Of a stretch of 64,000 nucleotides of DNA, positions 35,728 through 48,499 are shown piece after piece; position 1 is the stretch's first letter, and every line of letters begins with the position of its first letter. The translations under genes were made by a program, and so were the position numbers. The DNA comes from Mobula hypostoma. Taxonomy: Eukaryota. Location: the NCBI RefSeq assembly GCF_963921235.1, contig NC_086098.1, forward strand, positions 117,862,001-117,926,000, written 5' to 3'. The notes below the pieces were generated by a model. It ran no database searches, had not been told where the DNA came from, and worked only from the letters and a program-made list of their open reading frames with translations.

Positions 35728-38700
35728 CACCGCCTCCCTCCCAGTTCCCGTCTCACGCCTCCTCCCTCCCAGTTCCCGTCTCACGCCGCCTCCCTCCCGG
35801 TTCCCGTCTCACGCCGCCTCCCTCCCACTTTCCGTCTCACGCCGCCTCCCTCCCGGTTCCCGTCTCACGCCGCCTCCCTCCCACTTTCCGTCTCACGCCG
35901 CCTCCCTCCCGGTTCCCGTCTCACGCCGCCTCCCTCCCACTTTCCGTCTCACGCCGCCTCCCTCCCGGTTCCCGTCTCACGCCGCCTCCCTCCCGGTTCC
36001 CGTCTCACGCCGCCTCCCTCCCACTTTCCGTCTCACGCCGCCTCCCTCCCAGTTCCCGTCACTTTCCGTCTCACGCCGCCTCCCTCCCGGTTCCCGTCTC
36101 ACGCCGCCTCCCTCCCGGTTCCCGTCTCACGCCGCCTCCCTCCCGGTTCCCGTCTCACGCCGCCTCCCTCCCGGTTTCCGTCTCACGCCGCCTCCCTCCC
36201 GGTTCCCGTCTCACGCCGCCTCCCTCCCGGTTCCCGTCTCACGCCGCCTCCCTCCCACTTTCCGTCTCACGCCGCCTCCCTCCCACTTTCCGTCTCACGC
36301 CGCCTCCCTCCCGGTTCCCGTCTCACGCCGCCTCCCTCCCGGTTCCCGTATGACGCCGCCTCCCTCCCGGTTCCCGTCTCACGCCGCCTCCCTCCCGGTT
36401 TCCGTCTCACGCCGCCTCCCTCCCGGTTTCCCCTCTCACGCCGCCTCCCTCCCGGTTCCCGTCTCACGCCGCCTCCCTCCCGGTTCCCGTCTCACGCCGC
36501 CTCCCTCCCGGTTCCCGTCTCACGCCGCCTCCCTCCCGGTTCCCGTCTCACGCCGCCTCCCTCCCGGTTCCCGTCTCACGCCGCCTCCCTCCCGGTTTCC
36601 CCTCTCACGCCGCCTCCCTCCCGGTTTCCCCTCTCACGCCGCCTCCCTCCCGGTTTCCCCTCTCACGCCGCCTCCCTCCCGGTTTCCCCTCTCACGCCGC
36701 CTCCCTCCCGGTTTCCCCTCTCACGCCGCCTCCCTCCCGGTTCCCCTCTCACGCCGCCTCCCTCCCGGTTCCCCTCTCACGCCGCCTCCCTCCCGGTTCC
36801 CGTCTCACGCCGCCTCCCTCCCGGTTCCCGTCTCACGCCGCCTCCCTCCCGGTTTCCCCTCTCACGCCGCCTCCCTCCCGGTTCCCCTCTCACGCCGCCT
36901 CCCTCCCGGTTTCCCCTCTCACGCCGCCTCCCTCCCGGTTTCCCCTCTCACGCCGCCTCCCTCCCGGTTCCCCTCTCACGCCGCCTCCCTCCCGGTTCCC
37001 CTCTCACGCCGCCTCCCTCCCGGTTCCCGTCTCACGCCGCCTCCCTCCCACTTTCCGTCTCACGCCGCCTCCCTCCCGGTTCCCGTCTCACGCCGCCTCC
37101 CTCCCGGTTTCCCCTCTCACGCCGCCTCCCTCCCGGTTCCCCTCTCACGCCGCCTCCCTCCCGGTTTCCCCTCTCACGCCGCCTCCCTCCCGGTTTCCCC
37201 TCTCACGCCGCCTCCCTCCCGGTTCCCCTCTCACGCCGCCTCCCTCCCGGTTCCCGTCTCACGCCGCCTCCCTCCCGGTTCCCCTCTCACGCCGCCTCCC
37301 TCCCGGTTTCCCCTCTCACGCCGCCTCCCTCCCGGTTCCCGTCTCACGCCGCCTCCCTCCCGGTTCCCGTCTCACGCCGCCTCCCTCCCGGTTTCCCCTC
37401 TCACGCCGCCTCCCTCCCGGTTCCCGTCTCACGCCGCCTCCCTCCCGGTTCCCGTCTCACGCCGCCTCCCTCCCGGTTCCCGTCTCACGCCGCCTCCCTC
37501 CCGGTTTCCCCTCTCACGCCGCCTCCCTCCCGGTTCCCCTCTCACGCCGCCTCCCTCCCGGTTCCCCTCTCACGCCGCCTCCCTCCCGGTTTCCCCTCTC
37601 ACGCCGCCTCCCTCCCGGTTTCCCCTCTCACGCCGCCTCCCTCCCGGTTCCCCTCTCACGCCGCCTCCCTCCCGGTTCCCCTCTCACGCCGCCTCCCTCC
37701 CGGTTCCCGTCTCACGCCGCCTCCCTCCCACTTTCCGTCTCACGCCGCCTCCCTCCCACTTTCCGTCTCACGCCGCCTCCCTCCCACTTTCCATCTCACG
37801 CCGCCTCCCTCCCACTTTCCGTCTCACGCCGCCTCCCTCCCACTTTCCGTCTCACGCCGCCTCCCTCCCGGTTCCCGTCTCACGCCGCCTCCCTCCCGGT
37901 TCCCGTATGACGCCGCCTCCCTCCCGGTTCCCGTCTCACGCCGCCTCCCTCCCGGTTCCCGTCTCACGCCGCCTCCCTCCCGGTTCCCGTCTCACGCCGC
38001 CTCCCTCCCGGTTCCCGTCTCACGCCGCCTCCCTCCCGGTTCCCGTCTCACGCCGCCTCCCTCCTGTTCCCGTATGACGCCGCCTCCCTCCCGGTTCCCA
38101 TCTCACGCCGCCTCCCTCCCGGTTCCCCTCTCACGCCGCCTCCCTCCCGGTTCCCGTCTCACGCCGCCTCCCTCCCAGTTTCCGTCTCACGCCGCCTCCC
38201 TCCCACTTTCCATCCCACGCCGCCTCCCTCCCGGTTCCCGTCTCACGCTGCCTCCCTCCCGGTTCTCCTCTCACGCCGCCTCCCTCCCGGTTCCCGTATG
38301 ACGCCGCCTCCCTCCCGGTTCCCCTCTCACGCCGCCTCCCTCCCGGTTCCCGTCTCACGCCGCCTCCCTCCCGGTTTCCGTCTCACGCCGCCTCCCTCCC
38401 GGTTCCCCTCTCACGCCGCCTCCCTCCCGGTTCCCGTCTCACGCCGCCTCCCTCCCGGTTCCCGTCTCACGCCGCCTCCCTCCCGGTTCCCGTCTCACGC
38501 CGCCGCCCTCCCGGTTCCCGTCTCACGCCGCCTCCCTCCCGGTTCCCGTCTCACGCCGCCTCCCTCCCGGTTCCCGTCTCACGCCGCCTCCCTCCCACTT
38601 TCCATCCCACGCCGCCTCCCTCCCGGTTCTCGTCTCACGCCGCCTCCCTCCCGGTTCCCGTCTCACGCCGCCTCCCTCCCGGTTCCCGTCTCACGCCGCC

Positions 38701-38730
38701 TCCCTCCCGGTTTCCCTCTCACACTATCTA
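35728..38730. repeat. 28-bp minisatellite (CTCACGCCGCCTCCCTCCCGGTTCCCGT)n, about 107 copies, FBXO28 intron 4
   Basis: Seen directly; 29-bp and CACTTTCC variants. Confidence 0.97.
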
Positions 38731-38960
38731 CTTCCCAGTTTCCATCTCACACCCTGCACCTGATTCGGTACTGGTCACCCCTCCCCCTACAACCCAGCCA
38801 TCTCCCCAGTCACCTTACTTGTTCCAGCCCTCCCATCAGTAGACTGGCAACACTTGCCCTCCTGCACACTCACAGACACAGACACACGGCTCTATAGGCA
38901 TCTGCACCTGTGTTATCGCACACGACTGTATCTCCTGTACACAGGCAGTGTTGCCCATAC

Positions 38961-39156
38961 CTGGTGCCACTCCCAGCAGGCGACCCGACATGTCTGAATT
39001 ACTCAGTTTCTTCTTCAGGATGGGGACAATTTTTTCATCAAAGTATTCCATAGCCATGGAGGAGATGTCGCGCAGTTCCTGCAGAACTTCGTGGGCTCGC
39101 TGTGGGGACCGGGTGGAATTCACGTACCTCAGAACCCGGTAAATCTCATCTATCAC
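38961..39156 (-). CDS. FBXO28: F-box only protein 28, exon 4
   Basis: ACAG|VIDEIYRVLRYVNSTRSPQRAHEVLQELRDISSMAMEYFDEKIVPILKKKLSNSDMSGRLLGVAP G|GTATGG; 196 nt. Confidence 0.96.
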
Positions 39157-39257
39157 CTGTACACAGATTGCAACACGACAGGCATGGGTAACACAGGAAG
39201 AGAGCAGCAGGAACACAAACTCCACCACTGACCAAAAGCCCCAAACACATCATCACA

Positions 39258-42200
39258 AACAGAGAGTGACTCTCCCCCTGCATTGTCTAATCACACTCTC
39301 CGTGTCAGAGTGACTCTCCCCCTGCACTGTCTAATCACACTCTCCGTGTCAGAGTGAAGCTCCCCCTGCACTGTCCCATCACACTCTCCGTGTCAGACAG
39401 AGAGTGACTCTCCCCCTGCATTGTCTAATCACACTCTCCGTGTCAGAGTGACTCTCCCCCTGCATTGTCTAATCACACTCTCCGTGTCAGAGTGACTCTC
39501 CCCCTGCACTGTCTAATCACACTCTCCGTGTCAGAGTGAAGCTCCCCCTGCACTGTCCCATCACACTCTCCCTGTGTCAGACAGAGAGTGACTCTCCCCC
39601 TGCATTGTCTAATCACACACTCCGTGTCAGAGTGACGCTCTCCCTGCATTGTCCCATCACACTCTCCGTGTCAGAGTGACTCTCCCCCTGCACTGTCTAA
39701 TCACACTCTCCGTGTCAGAGTGAAGCTCCCCCTGCACTGTCCCATCACACTCTCCCTGTGTCAGACAGAGAGTGACTCTCCCCCTGCATTGTCTAATCAC
39801 ACACTCCGTGTCAGAGTGACGCTCTCCCTGCATTGTCCCATCACACTCTCCGTGTCAGAGTGAAGCTCCCCCTGCATTGTCCCATCACACTCTCCCTGTG
39901 TCAGACAGAGAGTGACGCTCCCCCTGCATTGTCCCATCACACTCTCCGTGTCAGAGTGACGCTCTCCCTGCATTGTCCCATCACACTCTCCGTGTCAGAG
40001 TGAAGCTCCCCCTGCATTGTCTAATCACACTCTCCCTGTGTCAGACAGAGAGTGACGCTCCCCCTGCATTGTCTAATCACACTCTCCGTGTCAGAGTGAC
40101 GCTCTCCCTGCATTGTCTAATCACACTCTCCCTGTGTCAGACAGAGAGTGACTCTCCCCCTGCATTGTCCCATCACACACTCCGTGTCAGTGACGCTCTC
40201 CCTGCATTGTCCCATCACACTCTCCCTGTGTCAGACAGAGAGTGACGCTCCCCCTGCATTGTCTAATCACACTCTCCGTGTCAGAGTGACGCTCTCCCTG
40301 CATTGTCTAATCACACTCTCCCTGTGTCAGACAGAGAGTGACTCTCCCCCTGCATTGTCCCATCACACACTCCGTGTCAGAGTGAAGCTCCCCCTGCATT
40401 GTCCCATCACACTCTCCCTGTGTCAGACAGAGAGTGACGCTCTCCCTGCATTGTCTAATCACACTCTCCCTGTGTCAGACAGAGAGTGACTCTCCCCCTG
40501 CATTGTCCCATCACACACTCCGTGTCAGAGTAAAGCTCCCCCTGCATTGTCCCATCACACTCTCCGTGTCAGAGTGACGCTCTCCCTGCATTGTCTAATC
40601 ACACTCTCCGTGTCAGACAGAGAGTGACTCTCCCCCTGCATTGTCTAATCACACTCTCCATGTCAGAGTGACGCTCCCCCTGCATTGTCTAATCACACTC
40701 TCCGTGTCAGACAGAGAGTGACGCTCCCCCTGCATTGTCCCATCACACTCTCCCTGTGTCAGACAGAGAGTGACTCTCCCCCTGCATTGTCTAATCACAC
40801 TCTCCGTGTCAGAGTGACGCTCCCCCTGCATTGTCCCATCACACACTCCGTGTCAGAGTGAAGCTCCCCCTGCATTGTCTAATCACACTCTCCGTGTCAG
40901 AGAGTGACGCTCTCCCTGCATTGTCCCATCACACTCTCCCTGTGTCAGACAGAGAGTGACTCTCCCCCTGCATTGTCTAATCACACTCTCCATGTCAGAG
41001 TGACGCTCCCCCTGCATTGTCTAATCACACTCTCCGTGTCAGACAGAGAGTGACGCTCCCCCTGCATTGTCCCATCACACTCTCCCTGTGTCAGACAGAG
41101 AGTGACTCTCCCCCTGCATTGTCTAATCACACTCTCCGTGTCAGAGTGACGCTCTCCCTGCATTGTCCCATCACACACTCCGTGTCAGAGTGAAGCCCCC
41201 CCCCTGCATTGTCTAATCACACTCTCCCTGTGTCAGAGAGTGACTCTCCCCCTGCATTGTTTAATCACACTCTCCGTGTCAGAGTGACGCTCCCCCTGCA
41301 TTGTCTAATCACACTCTCCCTGTGTCAGACAGAGAGTGACTCTCCCCCTGCATTGTCTAATCACACTCTCCATGTCAGAGTGACGCTCCCCCTGCATTGT
41401 CTAATCACACTCTCCCTGTGTCAAACAGAGAGTGACGCTTTCCCTGCATTGTCCCATCACACACTCTGTGTCAGAGTGAAGCTCCCCCCCTGCATTGTCT
41501 AATCACACTCTCCCTGTGTCAAACAGAGAGTGACGCTCTCCCTGCATTGTCCCATCACACACTCCGTGTCAGAGTGAAGCTCCCCCCCTGCATTGTCCCA
41601 TCACACTCTCCCTGTGTCAAACAGAGAGTGACGCTCCCCCTGCATTGTCTAATCACACTCTCCGAATCAGAGTGACACTCCCCCTGCATTGTCCCATCAC
41701 ACACTCCGTGTCAGAGTGACGCTCTCCCTGCACTGTCCCATCACACTCTCCCTGTGTCAGACAGAGAGTGACACTCCCCCTGCACTGTCCCATCACACAC
41801 TCCGTGTCAGAGTGAAGCTCCCCCCCGCATTGTCTAATCACACTCTCCCCGTGTCAGACAGAGAGTGACTCTCCCCCCGCATTGTCTAATCACACTCTCC
41901 GAATCAGAGTGACGCTCCCCCTGCATTGTCCCATCACACTCTCCCTGTGTCAGACAGAGAGTGACGCTCCCCCTGCATTGTCCCATCACACACTCCGTGT
42001 CAGTGACGCTCTCCCTGCATTGTCCCATCACACTCTCCCTGTGTCAGACAGAGAGTGACGCTCCCCCTGCACTGTCCCATCACACACTCCGTGTCAGAGT
42101 GAAGCTCCCCCTGCATTGTCTAATCACACTCTCCCTGTGTCAGACAGAGAGTGACTCTCCCCCTGCATTGTCTAATCACACTCTCCGTGTCAGAGTGACT

Positions 42201-42390
42201 CTCTCCCTGCACTGTCCCATCACACTCTCCCTGTGTCAGAGTGAAGCTCCCCCTGCATTGTTTAATCACACTCTCCCTGTGTCAGACAGAGAGTGACTCT
42301 CCCCCTGCATTGTCCCATCACACACTCCGTGTCAGAGTGAAGCTCCCCCTGCATTGTCTAATCACACTCTCCCTGTGTCAGACAGAGCAC
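39258..42390. repeat. 44/52-bp minisatellite (AGAGTGACTCTCCCCCTGCATTGTCTAATCACACTCTCCGTGTC)n, about 65 copies, FBXO28 intron 3
   Basis: Seen directly; long variant adds CT and AGACAG; higher-order duplicated blocks. Confidence 0.97.
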
Positions 42391-43158
42391 AGGCTTGGTA
42401 AAGAGTAAAACTCACTATATCAGAGAAATAACATGAAATCAGTCACACGTCACAAGACATTGTGACGTGTGCCTGATTTCATTTGCTGCAAACTGATTTA
42501 GTCATTTAGGATCACAGGCCATTCAGCCCATTGTCAGTGCCAGCACAGTACAGCAATCCCTTTTCCCAAAACCATGTCCTTCTTTGCACACCATTCCTTT
42601 CTGACCACCCCATTCCCACAGACAGTGAGCCCCAGGTCACCATTCCAACCTACGGAATGCCCTCCCCTCCATTTGCCCTGTCTCATCCATTCAGGACTGT
42701 TGTTTCCACACCACTTCCCTACGGAGAACCAGTCTAACCCTCGATTCGCTCAGCTGCCACTTCACCAAAACCTCCTTCCCTGTGCTGACTGGGGGAGGAC
42801 TGAAACTTTGGTCTCCAATCTCCCTCGTCATGACCCCTTGCACCTTGTCTATCTGCAGCACAGTTTCCCCTTCTCTGGAGCTCTTTATTCCGCACTTTGT
42901 GTCCCTTTTTAACCTACTTCAACGCACAGATTGATCTGTTGTGATAGCACGCAAAGATTTTCCCTGCATCTTGGTACAGATGACCATGATAATCCAATAT
43001 CAATAACAAAGGACCACCAGTATCACTTATTCCTCTGCACCACCCCCCAGCACCACCCCCACAGCATTCATCATTCTATCTGTCAGTCACATCCCGGAGT
43101 GAGCAGGGAATCCACAACAGATGTGGGAACAGCACTGACCTCCCCTGCCCTCACACAC

Positions 43159-43297
43159 CTTGCCTGGAATGAAGCAGCAGAGATTGGTGTCGACATATTT
43201 CATGAAGGTCATGTTCAGGAGGGACAGCCTGGTCTCCACCGCTGCCAAGATGTCCGCGTGGCGTGCCAGTGAGTGGTTTCTGCGCTCCGATTCCCGA
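43159..43297 (-). CDS. FBXO28: F-box only protein 28, exon 3
   Basis: TTCCAG|RESERRNHSLARHADILAAVETRLSLLNMTFMKYVDTNLCCFIPGK|GTGTGT; 139 nt. Confidence 0.96.
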
Positions 43298-44495
43298 CTG
43301 GAAGGAGAGAGAATTAACTCTTGTTGTGCTGGCAACAAGTCTTCCCCTCATCTACCCCATTACAGCTACAAACAGGTGACCAAGGAGTGCAGTGTAACCT
43401 TATTACAACAGCCCTGCATGCCACCCACTGCCTAACACTTAAATCTTCAGAATAAATTTCCCCTCAGTCTCTGAATTTTGCGGAAAAAGCATATCTCTCC
43501 TGTAGATTCTCACTTCTAACGTTATCCCCTGATATACACCATTCCTGAAGAAACACCCTCCCCAAAGAGCAGTGTCCTAACTCAAACACCAGCTGGGTGC
43601 ACATCGTGTCGGATTTTCAACTTTATAACCACCTTTCTTTACTGCATCAAAATGTCACTGTCCCACCACAAATCTGATGCTCTCCGTACTTACAAAGAAG
43701 GCCATGGAGAATCATCTTTTATGAAGCAACACACCCCCATCCACAAAATATTTGGAATTCCCAATTCTCCTCACACCTGTGGTGACAGGTTGCGGCCTTT
43801 GGGACTGCCTTGCTGCCAGAGGTACAGCAGCCGTGCCCTGGTGTGGAAGACCCTGTGGGACCAAGCGGGGAATTTACCCATTGTTGGCAGTGAGGATGCT
43901 AGTCCCGGGCCTACCAGTGTCCGAATACAGGTCGCCACAGGAGAAGCAATGCTAATGACCAGAGATCTGTGAAGGGAGTAGAGTCACTGCTCGTTGGCCA
44001 AGGCTGCTGAGAACAGCAGTTCCATCTTTACTGGATGCTGTGCCCAGTTCTCAGCTCACACTGCAAGGAGGCGAGGTTAACATGGTGTTTCCATTGCCAG
44101 CAACGTAATGGACACTGTGTGGGCTGTGCCTGTTTGTTTGGTACAAAGAGATTTAATTGTATTGTGTAAAACTACACGGATGGCCAGGTAGAAGGACTGG
44201 CTTCCCTTGGGTCAGATCAGGCAGCACCCCTGCAACCATCAATCCCCAAAGAACCCATAGAACAGACTGACCCAAAACTCATTCCCAGCATAATCGGATT
44301 CCTTCACAAGCATTATCACATCCTCCGGTCACCATCATAGGCACCAATTAGCCCCACAGTCCGTGTAATAACCGTGTTTTCATCAAGGTCACACGACAGA
44401 GAGTGGCCCCTGGTCTGTACACAGATCACAGGGAGCTCTGCCCGACACCAGAGACAAACCCAACCAGGACTGAGCTCGACGAGCAGCGTACTCAC

Positions 44496-44605
44496 CGAGG
44501 AAGCTGGGCTTTGACCTGTTTCTGACACAGGCTGTGATACCTCTCGACCTTCAGGAAGCCCTGGTTCAGCAGACGTTGGCAGATTGCGTCCATCCGCTTG
44601 CATAC
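44496..44605 (-). CDS. FBXO28: F-box only protein 28, exon 2
   Basis: CCCCAG|VCKRMDAICQRLLNQGFLKVERYHSLCQKQVKAQLP(R)|GTGAGT; 110 nt. Confidence 0.96.
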
Positions 44606-44999
44606 CTGGGGTGAGAACACAGTCACAGAGACAGCACACACCAGCAGCCTCGACAACAGAGATACCACACGCAGCATACAGTGCCCGATCGTTAAACAGC
44701 GTCAGCAGCACCACAGCTCTGCTGCTGAAGGGGCTCCCACTGTTGGGGAGGGAGTTCGGTTTCAGACTCTGAATGATTTTGTGACACATTTCCAAAACAT
44801 GAATTGGAGGGAACACTGCCTTGCTGGGGTAGAATCCGTGGGTTTGGGAGGTGCCATCAGTGGTAACGTCTCCTCCTAATTGACAAGCAATGAAGGGTGA
44901 AGGGTGTGAGCTTAGCCCACTGCTCAACTCTCTCTATACTCGTGCCCATGTGACTCAGCACAGTTCAAACGGCATCTAAATATTTGCTGATGACACTGC

Positions 45000-47660
45000 T
45001 GACAAAGTCAAGGCCAAGTTTACTGTCATATGAACAAGTGTACCTGTGCACAGGTGCAATGAAAAACTGACTTGCAGAAGGATCACAGGCACTTCAGCAT
45101 CATCTAAGCAGCCTTCACAAGGAAAATAAACAATTAGCCACAGGAACACAATTGGAACTAACGAAAAAGTTTGGTCCCAGCACTGCTAAGGGTTCTGGTA
45201 GCTGGTTCAACAACGGAATGGTTGAAGGAAGTAGCTCTTCTTGAACCTGGTGGTGTGGGGCTTCTGCATCTCCTGCCGACGGCAGCTGTGAGAAGGACAA
45301 ACAGCCTGGAAATTTCTGTTGCTGTCTTGAGGCTGCACCTGATGAGACGGTGGGGAAGGGTATGTCGCCAAGCCCACTGCTCTCTGCAGCGTACATTCCC
45401 ACACTTTTGAACGGCCTCACCAGAATGTGATGACAAGCTGAACCTTCTTAGCTTACTAAGAGAGAAGCTGACACACTTTCTGTATAATAGCAAGTGTGCG
45501 GGGTTGTCCTGCATGCTAACGCCCAGGGTCTGAAAGCCATCACTCCCCCAATGCAGACTGGTGGAGATTCGCCTTCCCGAAGTCCACAATCAGCTCCTCA
45601 GCTTTGCTGACGCTAAGCGAGAGGTTGGCTTTGCAGCGACACTTGCCGAGAGGTCCTGGCCCGCCCCGCCCCGGTACGCTGGCTCATGACCACCTGTGAT
45701 TGATCCAACAACAGGATGGAACCTCGGGTGAGCTGGTGCACAGGAGTGAGACAGATCGGCTGGCTGAGTGGTCAACCACTTTGCACTCTACATCAGTAAG
45801 ACCAAGGGATTGATTGCAGCCTGCGGGAGAACACATACCAACCCTCACTGAGGGTCCGTGGTGGAAAGAATGTGCAGTCTGGAGCTGCTGGGCGTCACCA
45901 CCCCAGCTGCTGCACTTCATTGGAAGTTTGAACAAATGTGGCACGTCTCCCAAAAACGTAAATTACAGATGTAGAGTGGAGAGGATTCTGACAGGTTACA
46001 TCACTGCCTGAACAGAGGCTGCATTGCACTGAATTACGAACGGCTGCACAGGGTCATAGATTCTCAGCTCCATCACGGGAACAAACTGGCCCACCATCCA
46101 GGACACCTGCAAAAGGTGGGACCTCAGAAGGCAGCATCCTTCACTGAAGATCCTCCCCGCCTGGGACACACTCTCCGCTCATCACTATCAACAAGGGGAA
46201 GTACAGGAGCCTGGTGACCCAGACAAAGATTCAGAAACAGCTTCCTCCGCTACAACAGGTTTCTGAAAGATCCATGAACACCACCTTCGGAATTTTTAAA
46301 GCTATTCACTTACTTTTGTAATTTACAGTAGTTTTACGTCTCTGCACTGTATCACTACTGCAAAACAACAATTTCACATCACCTCAAGTCGACGATAATC
46401 AATCTATCAGAGTGACTGTCGCACATTGGTGCACAGTGCAGGCATTCCCCACCAGAGAACCAGGGAAGGAACGGTTAGCCTGGCTGTCAGTCAGTCTTGG
46501 ATGGTGTTGAGACTTGTTCGAAACTGTCACATCGAACACAAAATGCTTCACGCTGGAGCAATGTAACTGGTAGAGTTGGGGCCTTAGTTTTTTTTTTACA
46601 TCAATGACAAAACGTAAGACTTCCACTAACAACAATTGACGAACGAGCATGTTGTGATGGAGACGCTGTTACTGTGCAATGGGACACAGAGTGACGGGTG
46701 AAAATCTCGGGAATGTAAAGAGGATTAGTATTTCAGTGGAGTGAGACTGCACACGAGCAAAATTCAGAGAGATCTTTTTGTTCTTGTACACAAATCACAA
46801 AATTAGCAGGCAGGAATGCAAACAGCAACTTGGCCTTCACTGCCAAGGGACTGGAGTTTAAAAATAGGGATGTTTTGTTACAATTGTATTGGTGTTCGTG
46901 AGGTTGCTCCCCTAACCCAAAAAAACGAGAGTGGTCGGATGATTCCACAGAAATATACAAGATCCTAAAGGGATCTGACAAGGCAAATGTCAGTGTTTTC
47001 CACTAACGGTAGAGTCACAAAGAAGTGGATATAACTACCATATATGGAGCCAAGCTAAGGGTGTGTAGGAATTTTTTCTCTCAGATGGGAGCAGATCGCT
47101 GGAATTCTCTATCCCCAAACGAGTAGATCACTATAAATGTTTAAGGTGGACAGAGGCACATACTTGAAAAATCAGGAGATTAAGAGTGGGGTGGGGGAGC
47201 TGGTACAGGTAGGGTTTAAACTCTGCCAGGATAATTTTCAGTAAGACAAGTTAGAGGAGTGGCTACTCCTGTTCTGGGAGCTGCATGCCTCCAGACCAAT
47301 GCCCATTTCTCCTCAACATGCAGGGCCTCATCGACAGGCACTGTCTCAGGAAGGCAGCGTCCTCCCCACCTGGGCCTTGTCCTCTTCTCGTTGCTGTCAT
47401 CAGACGGGAGGTACAGGAGCCTGGAGGTTCATCAAAGGCTTGAACCTTGAGAAACCCCAACAGTACCTTGTTACTTATCTGTTCCATCTTCACTAACTTT
47501 GTGTTTATAAGTTTATTGTTAGTATGTAACTTGTGCCTAATTTATGTCAATAGAAGTCTCCATTAACTTCTGTTGTAATATTTTGTGCTGCTGTTGTAAA
47601 AAGCCAAATTTCACACCATTTATATCCTGGGTATGTATTGCCTAGGAACAAACTCAAAAC
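45000..47660. mobile_element. Mixed degraded LINE relics (Rex1/Babar-like in both orientations, CR1 at about 46690-47200) in FBXO28 intron 1
   Basis: Recurrent TACAGGAGCCTG...AACAGCTTC 3'-end motif; CR1-like GGCCTTCACTGCCAAGGGACTGGAGTTTAAAAATAGGGA. Confidence 0.55.
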
Positions 47661-48499
47661 TTGAAGTACTTGTGCTTTGGGGTGTCATAAATTCAGGCAA
47701 AGTATATCAGGTCTCTCGGACTTGTGGTTGGTTAATGGTGACCCAGGACAGTGGGAACTCGGTAACATCACTGAGACTGTCTTGATAGGCATACCTGTTC
47801 CCTGGCACCAATGATCAGACAGAAAGATATATGGACCTCTTGCGGTCGAGTCCACAATCTACCTCATTACCTGCTCTCTCGATAACTGCAACACTTCAAT
47901 CTGTTATTACTTTCCCCTCGTATGACCTTGACACACTGATGTAATAATCAGTACAGCAACACACAAACCTTCACTTGTGACAACAATTAACCAGTGAGCA
48001 CTTCAAAATCACCACAGCTAAAAGCAGAGAAGTTGTCTACGTACAAGGTGACACAGAAAGGTGCTGAGTACGATCCAAACAATCACTGAAGGGTTATTCT
48101 ACACTGTCAGTGAGAACAGATTCAAAAGCAGTGTTTCAAATGGCAGTGGGAAAAGATCTGAACCGGTGGGATTGCACCTTTCAGCTAGTAAAAGTCAACA
48201 GGCCAAATAGTCTTCCTGCAACGTGTATGTAACTACACCTCAAATCAAACACCCCTGGGTTGTGACACCAGTGGATACAAGTTTATTTCCATTACCACAG
48301 GGAAATGGTATGTTATCCCATTGCACAGTCAGCTCCCGGAAGCTGAGGATGCTATTAAACTGAGCATCACCCCGAAGCACACCCCTTGCCCTGCGGCAGA
48401 GAAGCTGCCTCGCCCTCCCAACACTGCCCCTGGACCGGACCAGCCTCCCATCAATCACCCTGAAGCTGCCCACACGCAACACCCAAGCCGTGTGATGAC

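Noticed and set aside
35615-38897. 820-aa Pro/Ser/Arg-rich ORF and neighbours
   Set aside because: 28-bp stop-free repeat cycling through three frames, antisense within an FBXO28 intron
39258-42390. Regular arrays as CRISPR arrays or Cys/His-rich zinc-finger ORFs
   Set aside because: Head-to-tail units with no unique spacers, no cas genes, vertebrate intronic context; the short ORFs are repeat translations
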